Assembly (NCBI GenBank): GCA_964276515.1
Contig: OZ193909.1
Span: forward strand, 7,626,001 to 7,690,000
Direction of reading: 5' to 3'
Length of the DNA: 64,000 nt
Origin: Gordius albopunctatus
Taxonomy: Eukaryota
Numbering within the stretch: position 1 is the stretch's first letter; every line of letters begins with the position of its first letter. Position numbers and translations under genes: made by a program. Positions 22,380 through 33,800 of the stretch are shown one piece after another. Under the pieces are notes generated by a model. It had not been told where the DNA came from and searched no databases. It was given only the letters and a program-made list of their open reading frames with translations.

Positions 22380-23767
22380 TTTATAAGTATATATTATCTA
22401 GGGTAAAGCTAGGGAAAAATCAATTTTCCCCAGGGATGGTTTCCGAGGAAAAAAGGAAATTTCCCAGGATTTCCCCATGTTGATATCTCTCATATCACGC
22501 TGTTATCACACGGCTCATTGCATATTTGACACCGTGCTTTTCAGAGTAAAAAAAGAAATTTTAAGTCTAAAATCCTTATATTATACCATAATGCTAACGA
22601 TATAGATTGCGTTTTTATAAATTTAATATTCAAACCACTTGGGTGTGTTAATTATTTAATCATGTGTATTCCAATAATATGTTTTACAATTAGTATCCTA
22701 AGAATCGCAAAAATTAAAAATGCACAACTAAATTTACTATTATTGTAAGATTTAGTGTGAGCGTAATCTAATAGTTCACTGTTTATCTAAATACAAATAA
22801 TCTATAGTTCATAATTTAAATATATACTCGAGTCTGGGACTGATTCTTTGTTACAAATTTAATTGCAATATTATGTTTATTTCGTTTTATCCACACATGA
22901 ATAGTTTCTATAAGAAACGGTATTTATTTAATGAAAGAGTCTTTGTATTTTACCCCTGCTAATATGTTACTAACAAAAAATTTAAAAATAATTATTTTGT
23001 CTTACTTTATTTATTATACGAATTTTAAAATATGAATTTGACATAGAATCGCGCGAGGTTCCAGAAAAATAATAATAAAAATGCGCAAAAATCTACATAT
23101 CTCCGAGCTGGGAAAAAATAATATGATGGTAATTAAATAATATTTAAACGCGATTACTGGGGAGAACAAGCGATACCGATGGGTCACAGTAAAAATATCT
23201 CATTAATGCTCGCTTGCTAGCGCAGATGATGCTAGCACGCTGCATCTTACAGAGAGAAGGGGGGGGGGGGAAAGCGTGTATCCACAACACAATCCTCTTA
23301 AAGATAACTTCCTCCGACCCTAGTGTTGACCGCTCCCAGCTCGATCGTCGGGCCTGAAACGACTTTGAACGATGGACCGTTTTCTGGCTCGATCTTTCAA
23401 ACGGTCATTTCGATTTGATTTCATAATCCATCAAGATTTGAACCAGAGATCAGATTGCCCGGCCCTGCCCAAACCTACGGGCCGGGTAACTGTCCTAAAT
23501 TTTTTATTTTGGGCGGGCCCGGGGGGGGGCACACGATGATAGGATTTGGGGCATTCGGGCTTAATAAAATTTTAGATAATGAATTATTTTGTTACTTTTT
23601 TATTTGATCTTATATGAAAATGCTAAGAGAGCTAAGAAACTTGATTTCGCCATCCCCAAGTTATTTCTATAATTTTTGCCCAAACCACTCTATTTCCACC
23701 AAGTCCCTATCCCTACCTACGTTAATGGAAAGTATTGAAATATTTATATTTATGTAGCTCTTTCATT

Positions 23768-24049
23768 TGTTAAGTTTTAAGGGAAAAATAAATGAATACT
23801 TTTATTTAATAACATCGCGTTTATATACACATCTCTGCGAGGTTATTTGTGTGTATAATAAGGTGAATTGCGAGACATTCAAATACTTAAATGTATTCAC
23901 TTTTATGATTAGGGTGCGTGAATAATAATTTGAATAAGTCAGGCGATGATAAAGTATAAGCGAGGAGCTATTATTAGGGTGCGTGAATAATAATTTGCCT
24001 AGACGGGGTCAAGGGAAAGTAGCGTGCGATTAAATTCGTAGCCTCTACA
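23768..24049 (-). repeat. 3' LTR
   Basis: Direct repeat of 28028-28309; contains two copies of attagggtgcgtgaataataatttg. Confidence 0.97.
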
Positions 24050-24082
24050 ACTATCATCGGGCCTTCACTCGGAGAGTTGTGG

Positions 24083-27000
24083 TTAGTGTAGTAGTTTATA
24101 GCGCCAATGCACGTGCCTTCCTCTCGATGTGATGTATGGGTTTTCTTTTGATTTTGTTAGGTCTGGGTCGGAGTTAGCTGGTTCAGCGATTTTGTCGGTA
24201 GGCCTAGATTTGGATGGATTTGAATTTTCGGTATCCGTAAACGTCTGAGTTGAAGTATCTAAATATGCAGGTTTCAGTCGCTCGATCGAAATTGAGTCAG
24301 CTTTTCCGTTTTTTTCAATAATGAAATATTTAGCATGTTTGGACTTTACTCTGAACGGTCCGTCATATGGTGGCACCAAACTTTTTCGAACGAAATCATT
24401 ACGGATAAAAACGTATTTACATTCCCTAAGAAGTGAAGTTGTATCCGCATTTGTCGATTGTGTCCTGACCTTTTTAAAAGGCAAATGGTAAAAATGTTGT
24501 TTTAGGCCTTTAATAAATTCGGAGGTGTTGTGAGGTGTACTTGAGTTCGTGAAAAATTCGCCGGGAAGTCTAAGTGTAGTGCCATAAACTAATTCGGCTG
24601 GAGTGCAACCTAAGTCTTCCTTGATGGTGGTTCGAATGCCAAGCAAAATTAATGGTAAGAGCTCATCCCATTTGGTTGTGTCACCTTGTGCCATCAAGGA
24701 ACTTTTCAGCTGTCGATGAAATCTCTCAATCATGCCATTAGCTTGTGGGTGATAGGCAGTGGTTGTGATGTGATTTACACCAAGAAGTTGCGTGAGATTC
24801 CGAAATAATTGGGACTCAAACTGGGGACCTCTATCTGTTGTGAGGCTTGATGGTACTCCGAGGTCAGCTATCCAATACTTGATCAGAGCTTTTGCAACCG
24901 TTTGGGCTGAGGTGTCATGGATCGGCATGGCGACAGGCCATCGTGTGAAACGGTCAATAATCGTGAGTAAGTGGGTATATCCATTTGACGGTGGTAGTGG
25001 ACCAACGAGATCGACGTGGATGTGGCTAAATCGAGCGTCTGGTTCAGCAAATGTACCTAAAGGGGCCTTTATGTGACGATGAATTTTCGATTTTTGACAA
25101 GCAACGCATGATTTGGCCCATTTTCTTACATCCATATTGATGGAGGGCCAAACATATCGGCGTGTAATCAGCTTAAGTGTTGCACGCGTACCAGGGTGTG
25201 ATAAGTTGTGGAAATTATCGAAAATTATGCGTCTGAGTGAAGTTGGGACGAGTGGTCGAGGTGAGGTTGTGGACATGTCGCATTGCACGGTCAAATCAGA
25301 GCCCGGTATAGGAAGTTGCGTTATTTTTAGAGACTTTAGGTCTTGAAATGTCAAATTTTCTTCCATCTGAGCCAAAGCTAACCTTTCAACTAGAGGCCTG
25401 TCTTTAAAATCAACAGAATCAATTTCAGACCTTGAGAGGGTGTCAGCGACTACATTTGATTTGCCAGCTATATATTGTAGATCGGTAGAATATTGCGAAA
25501 TATAGTCTAACTGTCTAATCTCCCGCGGGGAGTATTTGTCGATAGGTGTACTGAAAGCATAAGTTAGTGGCTTGTGGTCTGTATAAATAGTGAATTCATG
25601 ACCCTCTAAAAAATGGCGGTAATGGCGGATTGTTAAATATATTGCTAATAATTCGCGACCGAATGCACTATATCGTTGTTGAGTTTTTGTTAGCTTTTGG
25701 GAAAAAAAAACTAAAGGCAGCGTCTTATCGTTAGTTGTTTGATGTAATACGGCTCCTACGGCTGAGCTGGAGGCGTCGGTGGTGATTGAGAATTTAGCGT
25801 CTTTTTGAAGATGATAAAGAGGCACGACATTGCTTAAAGCGAGTTTGGCATTGTTAAAAGCAGTCGAAGCTTCCGGGGTGCAGGATATTGTCTTCTTTGA
25901 ACCGTCGAGCATATCGGTGAGAGGTTTGAGTAATTCGGCACACATTGGAATAAAACGTCTATAAAAATTAATCATCCCTAAGAAGCGTCTCAACTGAGTC
26001 ATCGAGGTAGGTTGTGGGAAATTGAGGATTGCTTCCACCTTGTCCTGAAGGGGTGACAAACCTTGAGGGGTGATTTTGTGTCCCAAAAAAAAAATTTCGT
26101 TTTGGCACCATACGCATTTATCCTGACTGATTTTAATACCGAAAGTCTTGAGTCTTTCAAAAACCAGTCTAATATGATTGTGGTGTTCGTTAATGGAAGA
26201 ACTCGCGATGAGAACGTCGTCAAGGTAAACAAAAACAAAGTCAAGTTCTCTAAAAACTTGGTCCATAAAGCGTTGAAACGTCTGAGCAGCGTTGCGAAGG
26301 CCAAATGGCATGCGAAGAAATTCAAAAAGACCGAACGGGGTTGTGATGGCGGTTTTAGAAATATCCTCTGGGGCCATTGGAATTTGGTGGTAAGCCCTGA
26401 CTAAATCGATCTTTGAGAATACCGTTTTATTGCAAAGGGTCAGCGCAAAGTCATGGAGGTGTGGAAGGGGATAACGATCGGGAATTGTACGACTGTTGAG
26501 CATGCGATAGTCGCCACAAGGTCTCCAATCTCCCGCGGCCTTCTTGGGTACCATGTGCAGGGGTGAGGACCAGTCACTGTTAGAGGGACGGATTATACCA
26601 AGTTCGAGCATGTGAGTAAATTCGTCTCGGGCAATCTTAAGCTTGTCCGGGAAAAGTCTCCTTGGTTTTGAGTGAACCGGAGGGCCGTTGGTGTGGATGT
26701 GGTGTTGAGTGCTGTGAGTTACTTGAGCCTTATAATCAGAAGGGGACACTATGGAGGCATACTTCTGAAGTAGTGATTTGATGGGAGAGGTGCCAATTAT
26801 CCCAACTTGTATGTTGATTGACGTCGCGAGTGTAGCCTTACCTGCAGATGTTAATGTCGTTTGGGTATCGAAGAGCTGCTTCTTTTTTATATCAACTACC
26901 AGATGGTAGTGATTAAGAAAATCGGCTCCGATTATTGGCTGTTTAACGTCTGCAATTGTAAAAATCCATCTAAATTCTTTGCGTAGGCCGAGGTCCAAAG

Positions 27001-27202
27001 TGAAAAGCTTTTGGCCATATGTTTTTATAGGGGTAGAATTGGCGGCCTGGAGTTGCACATAGGAAGGGGTCAAGGGATGGTCTCGGGAAGGCGGAATAAT
27101 GGAAATCTCTGCGCCTGTGTCAATGAGGAATCGTAGACCCGTGGATTTGTCGAAAATGTAAAATAAGCGACTAAGTTTTAGACCAAGTCCAGGCGTCGCC
27201 AT
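24083..27202 (-). CDS. pol: Gypsy Pol (protease-RT-RNase H-integrase)
   Basis: LIDTGAEIS protease; MPFGL and YLDD RT; TDASS RNase H; HHCC, DDE and GPF integrase; 1039 aa uninterrupted. Confidence 0.97.
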   Translation of the reverse strand: MATPGLGLKLSRLFYIFDKSTGLRFLIDTGAEISIIPPSRDHPLTPSYVQLQAANSTPIKTYGQKLFTLDLGLRKEFRWIFTIADVKQPIIGADFLNHYHLVVDIKKKQLFDTQTTLTSAGKATLATSINIQVGIIGTSPIKSLLQKYASIVSPSDYKAQVTHSTQHHIHTNGPPVHSKPRRLFPDKLKIARDEFTHMLELGIIRPSNSDWSSPLHMVPKKAAGDWRPCGDYRMLNSRTIPDRYPLPHLHDFALTLCNKTVFSKIDLVRAYHQIPMAPEDISKTAITTPFGLFEFLRMPFGLRNAAQTFQRFMDQVFRELDFVFVYLDDVLIASSSINEHHNHIRLVFERLKTFGIKISQDKCVWCQNEIFFLGHKITPQGLSPLQDKVEAILNFPQPTSMTQLRRFLGMINFYRRFIPMCAELLKPLTDMLDGSKKTISCTPEASTAFNNAKLALSNVVPLYHLQKDAKFSITTDASSSAVGAVLHQTTNDKTLPLVFFSQKLTKTQQRYSAFGRELLAIYLTIRHYRHFLEGHEFTIYTDHKPLTYAFSTPIDKYSPREIRQLDYISQYSTDLQYIAGKSNVVADTLSRSEIDSVDFKDRPLVERLALAQMEENLTFQDLKSLKITQLPIPGSDLTVQCDMSTTSPRPLVPTSLRRIIFDNFHNLSHPGTRATLKLITRRYVWPSINMDVRKWAKSCVACQKSKIHRHIKAPLGTFAEPDARFSHIHVDLVGPLPPSNGYTHLLTIIDRFTRWPVAMPIHDTSAQTVAKALIKYWIADLGVPSSLTTDRGPQFESQLFRNLTQLLGVNHITTTAYHPQANGMIERFHRQLKSSLMAQGDTTKWDELLPLILLGIRTTIKEDLGCTPAELVYGTTLRLPGEFFTNSSTPHNTSEFIKGLKQHFYHLPFKKVRTQSTNADTTSLLRECKYVFIRNDFVRKSLVPPYDGPFRVKSKHAKYFIIEKNGKADSISIERLKPAYLDTSTQTFTDTENSNPSKSRPTDKIAEPANSDPDLTKSKENPYITSRGRHVHWRYKLLH

Positions 27203-27213
27203 CCCTGGGTGGT

Positions 27214-28026
27214 CTATTCGTTTGTTGCGGGGAGGTTAAATGCGCAAGGTTGCACGCATTTGAGCGCCTTGTCTTTAAAGCGGTAATGGTACCAACAAAC
27301 GAGATTTGGTTGAACATGCGAGCTAGGGTGGCGAACGGTAGAGGGGTTGCGGCGTCTCGAGTTGGAACGATCACGTGGCCTATTGATTGAGACTTTTAAA
27401 TTTTGTACCTCCTGGGTGAGTTTTGCAATCATCTCCCTAAGCCGAGTCGATTCATTTTCCGTGACTACATTTACACTAGAACATGTGGAGGTGTGGTAGG
27501 TCTCTACAATTTTGTCTGCCGTTTCGGCTAATTTGGAGAGGGGCTGCTCGTCAGAAACAATTGCCAAAATACCGATCATGTTTTTTGTAAGTTTTTCTAT
27601 CCAAAGTTCTTTAAGAACTCGTTCATCCATGGAATTCGTTCCCAGAAGATTTTTCATGAAGCGCAGAAGCTGGGATGGGGTACGATCTCCTAATTCCACA
27701 GTTGTGAGAAGAGCACGAAGTCTAGCAGAATCGGATTGGCTTGTGCGGTCTATGATGGCGGCTTTAATGGTTGTATAGGGTAAAATGTCGGGCATATTTT
27801 GTAGTATGTCTTGAATTTCGACAGTTATTTCCAGTGGCAAGGCTTCTATTAAGTACCCAGCCTTGGTAGTTTCGCTTTTTATCTTTCTAACAAAGAAAAG
27901 AGCCTCTATTTGAGTGAACCATGAGCGGGTATTTATATTGTTAAACTGTGGCAGTTTAAAATATGTGGCATTTTCGCTTTTAACCTCCATATCAGATGGT
28001 TGGGTGGACATTTTCGGGGTCACCAA
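27214..28026 (-). CDS. gag: Gypsy Gag with CHCC zinc motif
   Basis: KLPQF...[20 protein letters not shown], and C-terminal [18 protein letters not shown] (Cx2Hx9Cx3C); true start probably the ATG of MSTQP or MEVK. Confidence 0.95.
   Translation of the reverse strand: MVTPKMSTQPSDMEVKSENATYFKLPQFNNINTRSWFTQIEALFFVRKIKSETTKAGYLIEALPLEITVEIQDILQNMPDILPYTTIKAAIIDRTSQSDSARLRALLTTVELGDRTPSQLLRFMKNLLGTNSMDERVLKELWIEKLTKNMIGILAIVSDEQPLSKLAETADKIVETYHTSTCSSVNVVTENESTRLREMIAKLTQEVQNLKVSINRPRDRSNSRRRNPSTVRHPSSHVQPNLVCWYHYRFKDKALKCVQPCAFNLPATNE
28014..28025 (-). promoter_or_regulatory. Primer binding site for tRNA-Trp
   Basis: TGGTGACCCCGA 2 nt inside the 5' LTR, complementary to the 3' end of eukaryotic tRNA-Trp. 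Confidence 0.9.
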
Positions 28027-28027
28027 A

Positions 28028-28309
28028 TGTTAAGTTTTAAGGGAAAAATAAATGAATACTTTTATTTAATAACATCGCGTTTATATACACATCTCTGCGA
28101 GGTTATTTGTGTGTATAATAAGGTGAATTGCGAGACATTCAAATACTTAAATGTATTCACTTTTATGATTAGGGTGCGTGAATAATAATTTGAATAAGTC
28201 AGGCGATGATAAAGTATAAGCGAGGAGCTATTATTAGGGTGCGTGAATAATAATTTGCCTAGACGGGGTCAAGGGAAAGTAGCGTGCGATTAAATTCGTA
28301 GCCTCTACA
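28028..28309 (-). repeat. 5' LTR
   Basis: Direct repeat of 23768-24049, adjacent to the PBS. Confidence 0.97.
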
Positions 28310-30812
28310 CATTGTTCGAAATTCACATGTGCCGTCTATACATAATCCAAAATTGACACAATGCATGCAAGTGTTAAATTTTATTCTAATCATTTAATTT
28401 TTTTTAACAAATCTTATTTTGTTTAACAAAGCTTCCCCAATTCGCCTTTATTATTCCCTAATCACTCGTTACTATCGCTAAGCTATTACTTATTTTTATA
28501 ATAATAAATTTCTATACCTTTCTTTTTTTGCTTTATATTAAAAAAATTTTCCATAAATTACATTTAAATTCTATTGATAAATTATTGTTTTTTTAATCAA
28601 AAAAGTAAGTTCTAAGAGCACAGATTGACTAATTAAACTAATTTTATTCATCTATATTAAAATATTGTGACCTAGAGCGGTTTTGCCAGTGATAACAATA
28701 TTTTGAAGAAACTCTGGCCAAATATTTTAGAAAGACCAAATACTACGTTTTATGACCTATAGGGGGGGGGGGGGTAGCGTGCATCCACATGAGTTACAAT
28801 GGTTGATAGTAGGGCCTCGTATGGTCTCGTCTTGAGGTCGAAATTACCTTCTCGATATCGGCTAAACTTTCAAATTCTCTTCTCGTCTTTGGTTTTTATG
28901 ACGAGAGGAAAAAAACCAGATTTTTCTTGGATTCTCGACATTACTACCGTATATATCTACAGGATTTGGGCAGCTCCATGATCCCACATAATTTTGCACT
29001 TATATCCTAGTTTAGTTTTTAATATCCTCAAATCCTTGATTATACGATCCTATAATCATTATTATTACTAATATTATTTTTAATAGATTCTCATTAAGAA
29101 TTATAAATCAAGCGATTGGTGTTCGTCTCGCCGCATTTTAAATTATTTATTATAGAATTTATAGCCAATTTAATAGTTTAAACTTACAAAAAGAGTATTT
29201 TTCTACCTTTTCATATCTATTTTCTAGTATCACCTAATTCCATTTTAAAATATTTCATAAAAACTTTTTTGCTGTAATGTTTAGCTCATTTTTACAAGTT
29301 TTACTAACATGACTGCTATCAGCCTGCGTGTTAATAACCCGAGTTACTATGTCAAAATAAACTACTAGTGTTGGATTTGCATCAGAACCATATTGGCCTG
29401 TATGGCAAGCTTAAACAGACTATTATTTAGCCTGGCATACCCACAGGCGCGCCCTACAGCACACCGTTAATAGCATTAAAATGGGTCATGGGAATTAGAT
29501 TAAAGAGGAATAAATCTGCCACATTTATCTGAATCAAAAGACCAATATGCCTCATTATAACTTTTTTCATCTCAAATGGGCCATGACCAAATGCGTTTAA
29601 AACAGCTTTAAATTCAAAAGTCAAGTTGTGAAGCTCGCTGATAATATCAACAAAAATAAGGATAAAAAATTAGAGGATGTAGTAACTGAGGCAAAAGTTT
29701 ATTATTGGTATACTCAAACTTTTATAAAGTTTGTATTGTAATATTATTTTAAATGAAAACATCCCTACGAAGTGCATTTCAATTTAGTTTTGACAGTGAA
29801 TAGCACAAGAATTGTGAATTTATTATTATTTTTTCCATCTAGTGATTCATGATGATATACATATATATTCCATAATATCTTGCGTATTTATGACATAAGG
29901 CTAACATATATAACATATTGGGTTTCTTCCAACATTTTTCTGTATCTTGATATCGCTCATACCAGAAGATTGATTAATGGTGCATGGATGTCATTAGAAG
30001 CTTCATTACGAGATGTACACATTATAATTTTAGTGGAGGATTTTATTACTAGCATTTAATTTTATTTTGTCAGAGGGTTTATAACGTTATAATTTACTAT
30101 CGACATATGCCACAACTTTTCAAATTCAAAGCAATAAATATGTCTAAATTTTAATAAAAAGGGCAATATTTTTACCTATACAGACTATGCACACTCTTTC
30201 CCTTTACTCTGAATAATGCTTATATAGGGGGGGGTGACGACTTGATTTCAGAATGCATTAAAAAAATAGTTTTCGGCATTATAATTAGTACTTAGGTTTG
30301 GTAACATTCTTTAGATAGCAGGCTAATACGACTAATAGTTTAAAAACTATAACGGCTTTAAAATCAACATCAAAACTATCTTAGCTACGTAAATTTTAAG
30401 CATTTAAATGTATGCCTTCTATGAGTAATTCCGTCATGCTGAAAATTAATAAAATTTTGTCCACGTTTAACCTAGTAGGCTTGGCCCAGTTTTAAATTCA
30501 ATCTCAATTCTTTTAATTTCAACTGTAGGCATAATCGCAAAAATATGATTAATAATTTTTGACGTTTTGTGTGTAATTTCATAAAGATTTTTCATGGAAA
30601 AATTAAGTCTAAGATTATATTGAGGGTATAAAAATAATCAGAAGAAGATAATACTAATCCCTTTCAGAAAAGGGGTTATAATTACTTTCTTCTGATTAAG
30701 TCTAAAATTCGACATAAATTTATTCCCGACATAATTTATAATAATGTAATCAAATAGCCATAAAATTGTACTACATATGATCATCATGTGCTCTTAAAAC
30801 AAATCGATTAAT

Positions 30813-33800
30813 ATGACTGAAGTTCGAAAAAGAATTAATGATTCCAATAACTTAAATGAAGTATTTAAAAAGCTTTTATTTGAATCGTGAAAATTATTTT
30901 ATAAGTTTTTTGAAGCTTGGAGAGTATTTATGCGTTTTAAAAAATTGATATTCTAAAAAAATTAGGAAAATCATGAACTCTTTGAAGCTGGGGATTCACG
31001 TGAACGATCAAGCTCTCAATTTTCAAATAAAGATGGAGAGGATGATGAAGAAGAAATGCAAGTAGATGAAGAAAATCTCAAAAAAATTTTAGGCCAGGCA
31101 TCCGATCATACTACCGAAGTTTTGGACAAATCCTTAAACAGGCTTTCACCAAAGTGAGTTGCAACTTTCTGTTTAGAAGCTTATATTTGATCATTAGACA
31201 CATAAAACTAAACATATTTCAAAACTCTTTTTAAGTATGTTATGTGTTAAACTCAAATAAATATTTTTTAATAAAATTGTACTCTTTATTTGTATATTTC
31301 TTTAGATTAAACTGTTATTTTTTACAACAATCTATTTTTTACAATTAATGCCAAAATTTTGTTTTTTATGTGTTGTTTAGGGTTATAAATAAGTCATTGA
31401 CACCAACAACAATAATTTTTATGCCAACTAAAAATATTGGAAAATGGTGCAGACAAATTAGGGGTTTTAATAATAATGATTTGTTGCTAAAGTTTTGTAT
31501 AATTAAATTTTCCTTTTATTTTAAACAATCTAGTCTATACAATCTTGTTTATTCTCTGTTTTCCCGAATTGAAAATATCAAAAATTAATTGCTTTTAAAT
31601 TTTATAATTTATAACATCTTTACGGCATATTTAAAATCCCATCTTAAGTTATTTGTCAACTTTACAGTCAAATTTGATAATTGGGACCAACACCCATTAA
31701 AGAACATCATTTTGCCATCCTCCTGATTACTAAGTGCTTACTATTTCTTTGTTTATTTTGTAACTAAATATAAGCAGGTTTGCAATTTTATTGGTGAAAT
31801 TCCTAATTTAATTTATTCTGACATGTTTGCTAACTTTAGTGCACATTATTGATTTTTAAATAAATCAATAAAATCTAATGCTGTTTCAAATCTCTTTACC
31901 GAGTGCAGTTAAATTATTTTATTCAACAATAATTTATATATATATTTTTAATCGGTAAATTTATAGATGGAAAAATTACGTGGTTCGAGTCATATTTACA
32001 GTTCTCATGATATCGGCATTCTTGCTTGTCGTTTATATTGGACCTTTGGCACTCATATGCTTGGTAAGACATCGCATTAATTTAAAAGATATTTCCCGTG
32101 TATTTTGCAATGCAAGATGCATAACCTTTGATCCGACACTTTAAATCCAACCCGAACAGACCCGACCCGAAAGCATTTTAAACCCGAACCCGACCTGAAG
32201 ACATTTCAAGATTTTATCGGGTTTCGGGTCACCCATAGCCATTTTTCCTTTTGTCTTACCTTGTAGAGACAAAGGACAAGATTTAAAAAACAAAATCTTT
32301 GTTTAATAATTCATAGTGTAATTTGAATTATTAATAGACTATTCAAAAATTTTCATTGCAAAATTTGTCTTTTATGCGCATTTAAATCAGATTGTCATCT
32401 TTAACCCGACCTTGACCCGCACCGCATATTGATATTAACGTTGACCTGCCTCTTAAAATTACCAAATACTCAATTTTAGATCGAGAAATATATGTTAAAT
32501 CCAAAATAATTTGGTTAGACCTTGTTTCTTTAACGATTTTTATTGAAAATGAGAAAATATGCATGACAATTTAAAAAGTAAATTTTTTCAACCTATACCC
32601 GACCGGAAATAACTTTGGGTTGGATTTTAGTAGGGTTTTGGGCAACCCGTCAGGACTTTGTATATCAAAATTGTAACAAAAAAGTTCATGTTACAACAGG
32701 TCGTTTTAATCCAATTAGTCGTGGTTCGGGGAGTTTATTTTGAAATAACAAATATTGATTTTAATAATAAACGTAATAGACCATAATCGCCTTCAGACTG
32801 TTTAATTTATACGCTCTTCTCGAATCCTAAGTTCGTAAGGTTAAGTTATGAATAATTAATCCTTTACTATAGTAACTAAAAAAATCCAAATTAAGCCCAT
32901 CTTTAACCGCATATTTCGCAGGGAGATTTTATAATTTTGTTTAGCCTCGCGATATCGCTAAATTTATTAAAGACTATAACCCGGGTCTAGCCCGATATTA
33001 AATTAAATTTTTGATGCCCATACATTATGTTTAAATATCTAGTAATTTTTAATTGTATTATTATTTTTTCACGTATTTTCCCCCTTTATCCTTGCAAGAT
33101 TGAATGTCATTGGCGTAGCAAATGTTTCTGTAATTTAGACGAGAGCAAAAATATAATATTTATAAACTTTTGACATTTCCTTCAAACAAACTTTTTGCCT
33201 TTCACACTTACCGACTCCTTAAGCCAATATTTAATCTAACCCAAATAAGTTGGGGGGCGAATTTAGCATTTTTAGGGGGGATAGAAGCAGCTCCAGCACC
33301 CATTACTTAAACACCTTAGAAATATGCTTTTGGGGGAAATAATAATCTCTCTCATTTAACTGCAGGGTGTCAAAATGTGCCTGCTTGGAACGATCAATAA
33401 ATCGATATCGCGACGAGATTCATGCACTGCATATTCATCATATTCCCCCCTCCCCCATTTTTTGCCGTTCGATAAAAGGCACTATTTGGCAACTTAATTT
33501 GTCACACATCCCCCCCCCCGCGCTGGTCACAGATTCTATTAATTACTTTGATAAAATTAAATGTGTGCCATGATGGGCTTAGCCTGCTCTAAATGAGAAA
33601 AGTTTTAAAATGAAAATATGATTTTAAAATTAATAAAATTTCTTCTCCACCTCTTTGTATTATCACTAATTAATTTGCGATCTTCTAGCCCTATTAAAAT
33701 AAGATACGAAAAAAGAGGTTTTAAATATATTGTTCATCCCTCCCAAATAAGTGTAATAGGAATTTCTACCCAAACTTTGTTTATTTCGGGAACATTTTTA

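Larger units (their letters stand above)
23768..28309 (-). mobile_element. Full-length Ty3/Gypsy LTR retrotransposon, CsRn1/Kabuki lineage
   Basis: 282-bp TG...CA LTRs (28028-28309 and 23768-24049), identical by eye; 4-bp TSD CATT; PBS TGGTGACCCCGA; intact gag and pol. Confidence 0.97.
23444..28700. mobile_element. Old hAT-type non-autonomous element split by the Gypsy insertion (family of 58805-60690)
   Basis: 23444-23767 resembles 58805-59047 (cagagatca...) and 28360-28620 resembles 60033-60290; right end not located. Confidence 0.6.

Noticed and set aside
24792..27778. Plus-strand and alternative-frame ORFs within the Gypsy element
   Set aside because: Short antisense shadows of gag/pol with no recognisable motifs.
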